From: Candidatus Portnoybacteria bacterium
GTDB lineage: Bacteria > Patescibacteriota > Minisyncoccia > Portnoybacterales > GWB1-42-6
Assembly (NCBI GenBank): GCA_016208745.1
Contig: JACQXN010000020.1
Span: 9,062-73,061, forward strand
Direction of reading: 5' to 3'
DNA: 64,000 nt
This document shows positions 38,135 to 46,875 of this stretch, piece by piece. The position numbers were made by a program, and so were the translations under genes. The notes beneath the pieces are model-generated. The model saw only the letters and a program-made list of their open reading frames with translations, was not told the DNA's origin and made no database searches. Position 1 is the stretch's first letter; every line of letters begins with the position of its first letter.

Positions 38135-38344
38135 TTGATGAGCAAAATTTTTAAGCATTTCTCTGCATTCGGGCTATTTTTGCTTCTGTGTTTAGGAAGT
38201 TACTCGTTTTCGGATCTAATCCAAGCAATAATAGGAATAGTTGTTGGACTTTTCTTGACTTTTTGTTTTTTACCTTCCGGGTATTTGATAAAAAAGGGTT
38301 CTTCATGTGGGGGAGAGAAGCTCTTAAAAAAAGGAGAATTCTGA
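38135..38344 (+). CDS. Small membrane protein of 69 aa with 2 TM
   Basis: RBS AAGGAG 8 nt upstream; hydrophobic. It shares the leader AAGTTCTTT(T)AAAAAGGAG with the downstream cassette ORFs. Confidence 0.45.
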   Translation: MMSKIFKHFSAFGLFLLLCLGSYSFSDLIQAIIGIVVGLFLTFCFLPSGYLIKKGSSCGGEKLLKKGEF

Positions 38345-38757
38345 TGGGTTTTAAAATTTTTGGAGCGATCTCTATTGTCATCGGATTATTGCTGGTATGG
38401 TATTGGTGTGCGAATCGCGAAGCGATAAAGGGGGGTTCGTCAATGAATTCGTTTTTATTTTTAAGCAGTCCTCTGCTGGCCATAATAGCCGGGATTATTT
38501 TTATTGTCTCCTCGCCATCGTATTGGTTAAACTTGTTTGCTGCGAACAATTTAAAGAGTGGCAGTGTGACGCTTGGCGAAGCTATGAGCGCTACACTATT
38601 CTTTGCCACGTCGGTATTTTTAGCAGGATCGCTTTTCTGCGTGGTCTGGAAACGGATTTTCAAAGAAGACAGAAGAAGATTCGCGGTTATCGTTGGGTCG
38701 TCTACCTTCTTTGCTGTTACGATTATTCTCTGGCTGAAATATTTTAAGGTGTTTTGA
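38344..38757 (+). CDS. Small membrane protein of 138 aa with about 4 TM
   Basis: The start overlaps the upstream stop (TGATG), which suggests translational coupling. RBS AAGGAG is present. It is the same frame as track ORF 38188..38757. Confidence 0.5.
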   Translation: MGFKIFGAISIVIGLLLVWYWCANREAIKGGSSMNSFLFLSSPLLAIIAGIIFIVSSPSYWLNLFAANNLKSGSVTLGEAMSATLFFATSVFLAGSLFCVVWKRIFKEDRRRFAVIVGSSTFFAVTIILWLKYFKVF

Positions 38758-38813
38758 CCAATTGGTGGGCAAGGATGGTGGATGGGACTAAGTTCTTTAA
38801 AAAGGAGGTTTGT

Positions 38814-39053
38814 ATGAGGCCGGAAGCATATTCTGTACTCGCTACTATAGCTGTTTGGGCCGTAATTTTAATCTTTATGTATATTTTTCGCCCCATGGCT
38901 TTTTGGTGTTTGCGTGGATTATTAGAGCAGAGGGAATTGGAAGACGCCGTAAATGCAGTGCAGGTATTTTCATTAGTAACCCTACACGCCGTTTTTTTCT
39001 TAACGTTGATCGGTATAGGGGTATATTATCAAATACTAATACAGGTTAATTAA
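38814..39053 (+). CDS. Small membrane protein of 79 aa
   Basis: The ATG at 38814 is preceded by the duplicated leader GGATGGTGGATGGGACTAAGTTCTTTAAAAAGGAGG. The product is hydrophobic. Confidence 0.45.
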   Translation: MRPEAYSVLATIAVWAVILIFMYIFRPMAFWCLRGLLEQRELEDAVNAVQVFSLVTLHAVFFLTLIGIGVYYQILIQVN

Positions 39054-39100
39054 ACCGATTCGCGGTTTAATTAAAAACAAGTTCTTTATAAGGAGGAAAT

Positions 39101-39328
39101 ATGAAGCTAGCAGTGAGTGGCGGTATACAATCGGTTGGCGGTAAAATTATGGGAGATTCTTTTGATATAATCCCGGACGATCCCATGGCTCCTGTAGTTC
39201 TCTATTTGCACCCGGGCGAACATCTAGAGGTGGCTTATGAGCTTGACGGAAGAGGGGCAAAGAAATGCATTTTTATTGATGAGAATAGCAATCTTGTAAT
39301 GGCAAATAAATTTCCCGGCCAAGATTAA
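39101..39328 (+). CDS. Small soluble protein of 75 aa
   Basis: RBS TAAGGAGG is present. It has GG-containing N-terminus MKLAVSGGIQSVGGK. No family assignment. Confidence 0.4.
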   Translation: MKLAVSGGIQSVGGKIMGDSFDIIPDDPMAPVVLYLHPGEHLEVAYELDGRGAKKCIFIDENSNLVMANKFPGQD

Positions 39329-39912
39329 TTAAATCGATTCATCGCGGATTCAATGCCGCTTTCGCATGCCGTCTCAATCGCTTGAGCGGCTTTTTTTATT
39401 GTTTCTTGAACCGCCGGTATTTCCTCTTTTGAAAAATTTTTGAGAACGAATTTTTCAAGCGATGTAATTTTTTGCATTATAGTTGAAATGAAAGTTTTTC
39501 CAATAGGATGGATACCAAGACGGAAGCGGATAAATTCTTTATTGCCAAGAGCCTCAATAATTGATTTAACGCCATTATGGCCGCCGCCAGAAGAATTTTT
39601 ACTGATTCTAATGAGTCCCAAAGGCAAATCAAAATCATCATGGATTATCCAAATATCTTCTGGCTGCGTTCTGTAAAAATCAGCTAATTCTTTGACTGCG
39701 GAACCAGAAAGATTCATAAAAGTCTGGGGTTTGGCTAGAATGATTTGCTCGCCTTTTATCTGGCCTTCGGCGATTTGAGATTTGTCTTTTTCCCGCCAAC
39801 CAGAAAATCCGCCCAGATTTTTCTGGATATAATCTAGAGCCATAAAACCAAAATTATGGCGCGTCCTTTCGTATTTTTGGCCCGGATTGCCAAGACCGAA
39901 GATAATTTTCAT
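39325..39912 (-). CDS. pth: Peptidyl-tRNA hydrolase
   Basis: N-terminus MKIIFGLGNPGQKYERTRHNFGF and the HNG region GGGHNGVKS. Confidence 0.9.
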   Translation of the reverse strand: MKIIFGLGNPGQKYERTRHNFGFMALDYIQKNLGGFSGWREKDKSQIAEGQIKGEQIILAKPQTFMNLSGSAVKELADFYRTQPEDIWIIHDDFDLPLGLIRISKNSSGGGHNGVKSIIEALGNKEFIRFRLGIHPIGKTFISTIMQKITSLEKFVLKNFSKEEIPAVQETIKKAAQAIETACESGIESAMNRFN

Positions 39913-40052
39913 AATTTCTAATTGATCTAATTGCTCTAATTAACCTAATCAATACTCAATGCCCAACGGCAAAATTATTAAAAATTTTTAGACATTGGAT
40001 ATTCAAAAAATTGGGATTTGATTAGAAATTAGGAATTAGAAATTAGATATTT

Positions 40053-41138
40053 CTATTGGTTTTTATCAATAAATTCCTGTATCTCCTCATAGTTTTCCAA
40101 TCCCGCTTTCGGTTTTAAAATTGATGCCTGTTCGTTGCCTAGCCAAATTTGTCCGGAGGCTAGCAGGTTATTTTCGTCTCTGTCAATTACAATATTTTTA
40201 ATATTATCCGGCGAAATATTTTTGGCGATTTGCCAAAATTGCGGCACTTCTGTTAAGGGGAGATTGGTTTTTGTCTGGCTCCAAATATTATTTAAAACCT
40301 TTAGCAACGAAGGCAAATCCCAAACAGGATGGAGGCCAGCCACTTTTTGTTTTAAAGCTTCAAGCACTTGTTGTTGGCGTCCGATTCGGTCGAAATCTCC
40401 AGCGACGCTGTGCCTTGTCCGGACATATTTTGAGGCGGTTTCGCCGTCCATATACCGCCAGCCAGCCTGAATTTGGAAAGTTTGATAAGAATGATTCGGA
40501 CCGGGAAATTGCGGGTCGTAGATATCTTTTTCCACCCAGACATTAATTCCGCCCAAACTATCAATCACTTTTTTGACAACCGACAAATCAACAAAAACAT
40601 AATAATCAATTTTTTGGCCGGTTATCTCTTCTACTTCTTGTTTTACAAGTTCTAGTCCATAATTTTCATCTTTGGAGTTTTTCCCTAAAGCATACAGCGA
40701 GTTAATTTTAGCATAAAAATTAGTTTCTGGAACTTTAACCCAAAGATCGCGGGGGATTGAAATTAAGGTGGCGTCGTTTGAGGAGCTGGGATTAATTTTT
40801 GCCAGAACAATTGTATCAGTCAAATCCGGCGCGTCATTGCCCGGACCAGCCGCGCCCAAAAGCAAAATGTTAATTTCTTCTTGAGACGACGAAAAACTGG
40901 ATGGCAGAAAAGAGGCCGCTAATTTTTTAAAACTTGTCTGGCTAGCCTTTTCTTTGTTGGCGAGGTTCTTTCCTTGTGATCGAGAAACGTCTTTAACGAA
41001 AAATTTTGGCAGAAAGAAAAATAGAGCGACAAGAGTAATAAAGACAAGAAGCCAGAGCCAGATTTTTTTGGATTTGGTCGATTGGCTTCCTAGGTCGCCT
41101 TGTACTATTTGATTAAATTGGTTTAGATAATCAGCCAT
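40053..41138 (-). CDS. LytR-CpsA-Psr (LCP) family cell-envelope glycopolymer transferase
   Basis: An N-terminal TM followed by the LCP core (ILLLGAAGPGNDAPDLTDTIVLAKIN...ISIPRDLWV...YVRTRH...DFDRIGRQQQVL). Confidence 0.85.
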   Translation of the reverse strand: MADYLNQFNQIVQGDLGSQSTKSKKIWLWLLVFITLVALFFFLPKFFVKDVSRSQGKNLANKEKASQTSFKKLAASFLPSSFSSSQEEINILLLGAAGPGNDAPDLTDTIVLAKINPSSSNDATLISIPRDLWVKVPETNFYAKINSLYALGKNSKDENYGLELVKQEVEEITGQKIDYYVFVDLSVVKKVIDSLGGINVWVEKDIYDPQFPGPNHSYQTFQIQAGWRYMDGETASKYVRTRHSVAGDFDRIGRQQQVLEALKQKVAGLHPVWDLPSLLKVLNNIWSQTKTNLPLTEVPQFWQIAKNISPDNIKNIVIDRDENNLLASGQIWLGNEQASILKPKAGLENYEEIQEFIDKNQ

Positions 41139-41250
41139 TGGTTCTATTATAAATAATATTGCGGATTTTAGAAACAGGCCGCTCTAGATTCGGGCTTGAC
41201 AGCGCGGGTAGCAAACGTTATGCTTTTTATAAAAAACGAGGAGGGAAAAT

Positions 41251-41835
41251 ATGTTTAGTTCTCTAAAAAAAGAAAATAAAAAAACAGAAGGGGAAACCCA
41301 GAGAGCGGTTCTTAGCCTAGTTAGGCCAATTGCTTCTTTGCCCAAAACAGAGAATGCGCCGCTGGATGATTACGAAGCTCTCGCAGGAGAATTGGGCTTC
41401 AGGCCTGCGCAGCTTTTAAAAGAGCAGGTATTGCGATTTTTGGCCGAGCAAGGGATTCCAATTTTTGATTATGGCGAAGTTGATCGATATTTAACCAACA
41501 CAGTCAAGCAGACAGAAGAGAACTGGATTTGGAGGCCGCTTCGTGAACAGGACAAGCTGGAACATGGATGGAGCGGCCATTGCCCCGAGGGTACTATTCT
41601 TACGCGTGGTCACGGAAGCTATCATAATGAATGGGGATACCGCCCCTACGATAAGGCGGTGCCACTGCCTATTTTGAAGCAAGTTAAAACTATTCAAGAT
41701 CGCTTAGGGGATCAAGTCTCATTCTTTGTCAGCGACTATGCTGCTGTGAATCCTGATCCTTTCATTATGCTCACCGCTGTTGACTTGGGAATAATCGTCT
41801 TCGGCGTTTGGGACGAGCCGGGATTTGGAGTATAG
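41251..41835 (+). CDS. Hypothetical protein
   Basis: 194-aa ORF with an RBS GAGGAGGG and locally higher GC. No recognised motif. Confidence 0.5.
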   Translation: MFSSLKKENKKTEGETQRAVLSLVRPIASLPKTENAPLDDYEALAGELGFRPAQLLKEQVLRFLAEQGIPIFDYGEVDRYLTNTVKQTEENWIWRPLREQDKLEHGWSGHCPEGTILTRGHGSYHNEWGYRPYDKAVPLPILKQVKTIQDRLGDQVSFFVSDYAAVNPDPFIMLTAVDLGIIVFGVWDEPGFGV

Positions 41836-41967
41836 GGGGTCGCTTGCTCCCGTGTGTTAAGTTGAATATTCTTTATCGCCGCTTAGATTTCCTAGGCGGC
41901 TCTTTTATTTAAAATTGGGAGACAGGACTAGCTTAAAAGCCTTTCTACTGATAAAATAAACGAATAT

Positions 41968-42570
41968 ATGACAAATCAAATATTCCAAAAAATAGTTAAA
42001 GAATCTCAGTCAATATTAGAGGGGCTCGCCAAGAAAAACGGTTGGTCGTGGTTTATTAATATGCATCAGAAAGAAGTGATAAAGTATGCAAGTAGACTAT
42101 TGAAAATTTATAAAAAAGCAGACAGGAAAATAGTTTTAATTTCATGTTGGTTGCATGATATCGCCCATTTATATGCTAAAGATGGTGAAGAAATTACAAT
42201 GGTTAAAAAGGATCATCATATAAATAGCGCTAAAATAGCCGAACAAATTTTAAAAAAATACAATATTGAGGAGAAGGAAATCGACAGAATTAAAAATTGT
42301 ATTTTAAGACATAGAAACGCAGGTTTGCATAAGGCAAGAAGTTTAGAGGAAAAAGTTGTTGCTGTAGCCGATACTTTATCGCATTTTGGAAGCATTTTTT
42401 ATTTTACCTATTTTAAATTTCATCCCCATCGTTCCCTAGAGAGAATGGTGAAAGACGACCTGGCAAAATTGGAGAGGGATTGGCGGGATTTACAGCTTTT
42501 GCCGGGCGCAAGGGAGTTGGTTGAGGCTGAATACAAAGTCTTAAAAAGACTGCTAGGAAATTATAAGTAA
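41968..42570 (+). CDS. HD-domain phosphohydrolase-like protein
   Basis: Contains H...HD (WLHDIAH) and a later D. This is a weak family call. Confidence 0.45.
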   Translation: MTNQIFQKIVKESQSILEGLAKKNGWSWFINMHQKEVIKYASRLLKIYKKADRKIVLISCWLHDIAHLYAKDGEEITMVKKDHHINSAKIAEQILKKYNIEEKEIDRIKNCILRHRNAGLHKARSLEEKVVAVADTLSHFGSIFYFTYFKFHPHRSLERMVKDDLAKLERDWRDLQLLPGARELVEAEYKVLKRLLGNYK

Positions 42571-42682
42571 AATAGTCCTAATCTATTTGTGAATCATAGT
42601 CTCGATTAAATAGATGACCCCTTGCGGCAAGCCTAAAAATGTTTTAATATATATTTAATCCGTTTAATGCTAATATTATTTT

Positions 42683-43231
42683 ATGAAAACCTTTGGACTT
42701 TTTGTGTGGGAAATATTTAAGATAGTGATTATTTCTTTGGCGATCATTATCCCGATTCGTTATTTTTTGGTTCAGCCGTTTTTCGTCAAAGGCGCCTCAA
42801 TGGAGCCAAATTTTGAGGATAATCAGTATCTGCTAATTGATGAGATATCGTATAGGTTTAGAGAGCCGCAGAGAGGAGAAGTGGTAGTTTTTAAATACCC
42901 GCTTAAGCCATCGGAATTTTATATCAAAAGAATTATTGCTTTGCCCGGAGAATCAGTCCAGATAAAAGATAGCAAGATTTCTGTTTACAACAAAGAACAT
43001 CCGGATGGTTTTTCCCTAGATGAATCCAGCTACCTTGGGACTATTCCTATGTCTGACGAGCCCAAAATTACCTTAAAGGAAAATGAGTTTTTCGTTTTGG
43101 GCGACAATCGCCAAGCCAGTTATGATTCAAGGCGCTGGGGGCCTTTGCCCCGCGAAGATTTAATCGGGCGAGTTTGGATAAGAGTTTGGCCACTAGCCCA
43201 AGCGCAGGCGATCGGAGCGCCGGCATATTAA
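42683..43231 (+). CDS. lepB: Signal peptidase I
   Basis: Catalytic Ser box GASMEPNF, the Lys box YIKRIIALPGE, and GDNRQASYDSRRWG. Confidence 0.9.
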   Translation: MKTFGLFVWEIFKIVIISLAIIIPIRYFLVQPFFVKGASMEPNFEDNQYLLIDEISYRFREPQRGEVVVFKYPLKPSEFYIKRIIALPGESVQIKDSKISVYNKEHPDGFSLDESSYLGTIPMSDEPKITLKENEFFVLGDNRQASYDSRRWGPLPREDLIGRVWIRVWPLAQAQAIGAPAY

Positions 43232-43327
43232 TAAATTAAAAATTAAAATTTAAGAATTAAAAACGACATTTAAAAAATAAAAACAGAAAAATCCTAATTT
43301 TTTACTTTTTCATTTTTACTTTTTAAA

Positions 43328-44644
43328 TTGAGCGGAGCGAACGTGCCGCGAAAAAAAACAAAACTTTTGCAGGCGCCGCGAGGCACCTACGATATTCTAC
43401 CCGAAGACCAAATTTATTGGGAGCGGGTTTTTCGGGTGGTTAAAGAATTAGCCAATGATTATGGTTTTGAAAAAATTGACACGCCTATTATTGAAGACAC
43501 AGAGCTTTTTATTAAAGGCACAGGCCAGACGACCGATATAGTTGAAAAGCAAATGTACACTTTAAAAACAAAAGGCGGCTCCAGCCTTACCCTGCGGCCC
43601 GAAGGCACGCCGGGCATTATCCGCGCGTATCTTCAAAACGGCCTTTTTAACCTTCCTCAACCCTTAAAGCTTTTTTATTTTGGTCCGATGTTTCGCCATG
43701 AGCATCCTCAAGCCGGCCGCTTCAGGCAGTTTTATCAATTTGGTTTTGAAACGATTGGCGGGACCGAACCGGTTTTGGATGTTCAGATCTTGCAGCTTTT
43801 TTTGCATATTTTAAAAGACTTAGGCCTAAAGAAGATAGGTGTCCAAATCAATAGCCTCGGCTGTCCCAAATGCCGACCAGCTTTCAGGCGCGCTTTAATA
43901 GACTATTATAAAAACAAAAAACAGAAAATTTGTCCGGATTGCGAGCGGCGTCTAAAAATAAATCCATTGCGCCTGCTTGATTGCAAAGAAGAAAAATGCC
44001 AGCCGATTAAAGTCGGCGCGCCTTTATTTCTTGATTATTTATGCCAAGAATGCCATAATCATTTCAAAAGCGTCTTGGAATTTCTGGATGAGTTGGAAAT
44101 GCCGTATTTTTTAAATAATCATCTGGTTCGGGGATTGGATTATTACACTAAGACGGTTTTTGAGGTTTGGTTTGACGAGAAAAAAGATGAGGCTTCTCAA
44201 GCCCCTCTTGCTTTGGGCGCTGGCGGCCGTTACGATGATTTGGTAAAGCAGCTGGGCGGCAAAGCAACGCCGGCAGTAGGCATGGCAGCTGGCATTGAGC
44301 GGATAATTGCTTTAATGAAAGAGCAAGAAGTTAAAATTTCTCCTCGTTTGGCCCCGAAAGTATTTTTAGTTCAGCTTGGCGAGCTTGGCCAGAGAAAAGT
44401 CCTAAAGCTTTTTGAAGAATTGCATCAGGCAAATATCTCGGTCGCCGAATCAATTAGCAAGCCCAGCATTAAATCGCAATTAAAAATCGCTGATCGGCTC
44501 GGCTCTAAATTTTCTTTGATTTTGGGCCAGCAGGAAGCACTTGATGGCTCGGTGATAATCAGAGATATGGAGAGCGGCGTTCAGGAAACACTGCCTAAAG
44601 ATAGGGTTATTAATGAACTTAAAAAGAGATTAGCGAAGAAGTAA
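43328..44644 (+). CDS. hisS: Histidyl-tRNA synthetase
   Basis: Class II motifs (RGTYDILPED, LRPEGT, GGRYD) and a Cys-rich insertion (CPKC...CPDC...C...C). Confidence 0.9.
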   Translation: MSGANVPRKKTKLLQAPRGTYDILPEDQIYWERVFRVVKELANDYGFEKIDTPIIEDTELFIKGTGQTTDIVEKQMYTLKTKGGSSLTLRPEGTPGIIRAYLQNGLFNLPQPLKLFYFGPMFRHEHPQAGRFRQFYQFGFETIGGTEPVLDVQILQLFLHILKDLGLKKIGVQINSLGCPKCRPAFRRALIDYYKNKKQKICPDCERRLKINPLRLLDCKEEKCQPIKVGAPLFLDYLCQECHNHFKSVLEFLDELEMPYFLNNHLVRGLDYYTKTVFEVWFDEKKDEASQAPLALGAGGRYDDLVKQLGGKATPAVGMAAGIERIIALMKEQEVKISPRLAPKVFLVQLGELGQRKVLKLFEELHQANISVAESISKPSIKSQLKIADRLGSKFSLILGQQEALDGSVIIRDMESGVQETLPKDRVINELKKRLAKK

Positions 44645-44657
44645 TTATAGAAAATAG

Positions 44658-44858
44658 CTACAGAATACAGATTTTATACAGATATACGGATAAATGCCGA
44701 CTGGCGGTTAAGATTACGAGGCTCGTTTTGCCAAGCGGTTAGGTTTTACGTCTTTTTGACGAATGACGCTTGACGCTAAACGATACGAGCTTTGTAACCG
44801 ATAGACGTTAAACGAATGACCAAGTATCTGTATATCTGTACTTATCTGTAATCCGTAG
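44658..44858. mobile_element. Second MITE-like element with the CTACRGAATACAGAT...TIRs and a different internal sequence
   Basis: The left end CTACAGAATACAGATTTTATACAGATATACGGATAAA matches the reverse complement of the right end (GGCTACGGATTACAGATAAGTACAGATATACAGATAC). It shares TIRs with 27811-27963. Confidence 0.55.
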
Positions 44859-44865
44859 CCAGATC

Positions 44866-45216
44866 ATGGCTTGTATTTTTTGCAAAATCGCCAGCAAAGA
44901 AATCCCGGCCGATATTTTATATGAGGACGAATTAGTAGTGGCATTTAAAGATGCTAAACCCATTGCGCCGGTGCATATTTTAGTTATTCCCAAAGAGCAC
45001 ATAGAGAGTGTCGCGGATTTGAAAGATAATCACGAAGTATTAGCTGGCCGAATGATTATGGTTGCCAGGAGATTGGCCGAGGAATTAGGAATTTCAGAAA
45101 ACGGCTACAAATTGCTTTTTAGAGTGAGAAAATATGGTGGCCAAGAAGTGCCGCATATTCATTTGCATCTTTTGGGCGGGGCGAGATTGAGCGAGAATAT
45201 TAAACCAGTAGAATAA
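44866..45216 (+). CDS. HIT-family (histidine triad) nucleotide hydrolase
   Basis: Histidine triad HIHLHLLGG is present, with N-terminus MACIFCKIASKEIPADILYEDE. Confidence 0.9.
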   Translation: MACIFCKIASKEIPADILYEDELVVAFKDAKPIAPVHILVIPKEHIESVADLKDNHEVLAGRMIMVARRLAEELGISENGYKLLFRVRKYGGQEVPHIHLHLLGGARLSENIKPVE

Positions 45217-45312
45217 TAGGGCGGCCCGCCTTCGCCCCGCAAATGCGGGGCTTCGGCGAGGCGCTAAATTTTCTAACAAAATTAAAATTTTGAGAAAATT
45301 TGCGAAAGGAGG

Positions 45313-45585
45313 TTGATTATATTGGCAATTGAAGTAAGAAAAAAACAAAAAGAATCAACAGGATCATTATTAAGACGCTTTTCAAGGCGAGTCCAGCAAA
45401 GCGGGGTTTTGTTGCGTGCCAGACGCCAGAGATTTTACAAAAAGCCAAAAACCAAACTTCAGGAAAAACAAAGCGCCCTGCGCGCTACGCAGCTGCGCCG
45501 GCAAAGAGTAAAATTGATGAAGCTGGGGCTGCTTGAAGAGGGCCAGCTGATTCCAAAGGAATTATTAAAGTTTGAGAAAAAATAA
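45313..45585 (+). CDS. rpsU: 30S ribosomal protein S21. The start is probably TTG at about 45322.
   Basis: AIEVRKKQKESTGSLLRRFSRRVQQSGVLLRARRQRFYKKPKTK matches the S21 core. AGGAGG lies upstream. Confidence 0.7.
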   Translation: MIILAIEVRKKQKESTGSLLRRFSRRVQQSGVLLRARRQRFYKKPKTKLQEKQSALRATQLRRQRVKLMKLGLLEEGQLIPKELLKFEKK

Positions 45586-45667
45586 ATTTTCAGCTGCAAG
45601 AAGAAATTAAAAATCAGGCATCAGAATTTTTATTTTTTACTTCTGATTTTTTACTTTTAACTTTTTT

Positions 45668-46159
45668 ATGACTCTTCGCGAAAAAATTGATCAAGATTTC
45701 AAGGAAGCGTTTAAGGCCCAGAAAGAGGCGCAGGTTTCAACCTTGCGTCTTCTTTTGTCGTCTATAAAAAACAGAGAGGTTGAGAAAAGAACAAAATTGA
45801 GCAAGACAGAAGCAGCAGAAAAATTAGAAGAGTTAAGTAAGCTTGGCGACGAGGAAATCATAGGGGTTATTTCTTCAGAAGTTAAAAAACGAAAGGATTC
45901 AGCCGAGCAATATAAGGCAGGCAATCGCAATGAACTAGCCGAGAAAGAAGAAGCAGAAATCAAAATTCTATCAGTCTATCTGCCCGAGCAATTGGGCGAA
46001 GATGAAATCCGAAAAATGGTCAAGGAAGCAATTCAAAAATCAGGCGCGCAAAGCCAGAAAGAAATGGGAAAAGTGATGGGAATTTTAGCGCCGCAGATAA
46101 AAGGCAAGGCGGATGGCGGCTTGGTGAGTGGGATTGTTAAAGAAGAACTTTACGGTTAG
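45668..46159 (+). CDS. GatB/YqeY-domain protein
   Basis: N-terminus MTLREKIDQDFKEAFKAQKEAQVSTLRLLLSSIKNREVEKR with a YqeY-like C-terminus. Confidence 0.8.
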   Translation: MTLREKIDQDFKEAFKAQKEAQVSTLRLLLSSIKNREVEKRTKLSKTEAAEKLEELSKLGDEEIIGVISSEVKKRKDSAEQYKAGNRNELAEKEEAEIKILSVYLPEQLGEDEIRKMVKEAIQKSGAQSQKEMGKVMGILAPQIKGKADGGLVSGIVKEELYG

Positions 46160-46200
46160 CACTTTTATTTTTCGGCATATCCCTTAGTGAATTTTTTAAA

Positions 46201-46390
46201 CCTACTTTTTGTACCGACAAAAAGTAGGCAAAAAACTCTCGCCAAGCATAAAATTTTGATAAAATCAGACTCGGCTCGCTAAAATTGCTATGCACCCCGC
46301 ATTCTGCGGGGCCCAAAGGCACAGCACGCAATTTTTTAACGCTCGTCTTGCCTCGATTTTATTGCAAAATTTTTGCTATGGCGAAGAGGG
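46201..46390 (+). repeat. Copy 3 of the ~190-bp structured intergenic repeat, yqeY to ybeY
   Basis: Same block order. Hairpin CCTACTTTTTGTACCGACAAAAAGTAGG. The long-stem pairing AAAATTGC/GCAATTTT differs from AAATTTGC/GCAAATTT in copies 1 and 2 in a compensatory way. Confidence 0.65.
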
Positions 46391-46423
46391 TATTAAAAAT
46401 GCAGAGGCCTGAACTCTAGATTT

Positions 46424-46816
46424 ATGTTGGAAATCACCAATCTTACAAGGCATAAGATATATGGACGGGAATTAATAGAGGTAGCTCAAAAAGTTTTAAA
46501 AATTGTTGGCAGCGAAAATCTTAAAGAGATTAGCCTGGTTTTCGTTGACGAGAAAAAGATTCAGGAAATCAATAAAAAATACCGCCGTAAAAATAAGCCG
46601 ACTGATGTTTTAAGCTTTGAGGGTTTAAATGAAGTTTTCATTTGTCCTCAGGTAGTCGCAAAACAAGCGCGAGAGCTTGGAGTTAGTTTTGAAAGTGAAT
46701 TGATGAGAGTTTTGGTTCATGGTATATTACATTTAATAGGGCATGACCACGAAAAAAGCGCGAAAGAAGCGGAGAAGATGAGAAAAATAGAAGAGAAAAT
46801 TTTGAGACAGGATTAA
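46424..46816 (+). CDS. ybeY: rRNA maturation endoribonuclease YbeY
   Basis: Zinc motif HGILHLIGHDHE. Confidence 0.9.
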   Translation: MLEITNLTRHKIYGRELIEVAQKVLKIVGSENLKEISLVFVDEKKIQEINKKYRRKNKPTDVLSFEGLNEVFICPQVVAKQARELGVSFESELMRVLVHGILHLIGHDHEKSAKEAEKMRKIEEKILRQD

Positions 46817-46875
46817 TGATGGTAAGCTAATTTTTTAATTTCTTCGCCCACTAAGATAGGCGGGCTGAAATTTTT

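Noticed and set aside
38135-38757. Small multidrug resistance (EmrE/SugE) identity for the small membrane proteins, and a guanidine riboswitch in their leader
   Set aside because: The proteins lack the conserved TM1 glutamate and the SMR length and topology. The leader hairpins lack the ACGR loops (guanidine-II) or other guanidine riboswitch consensus.
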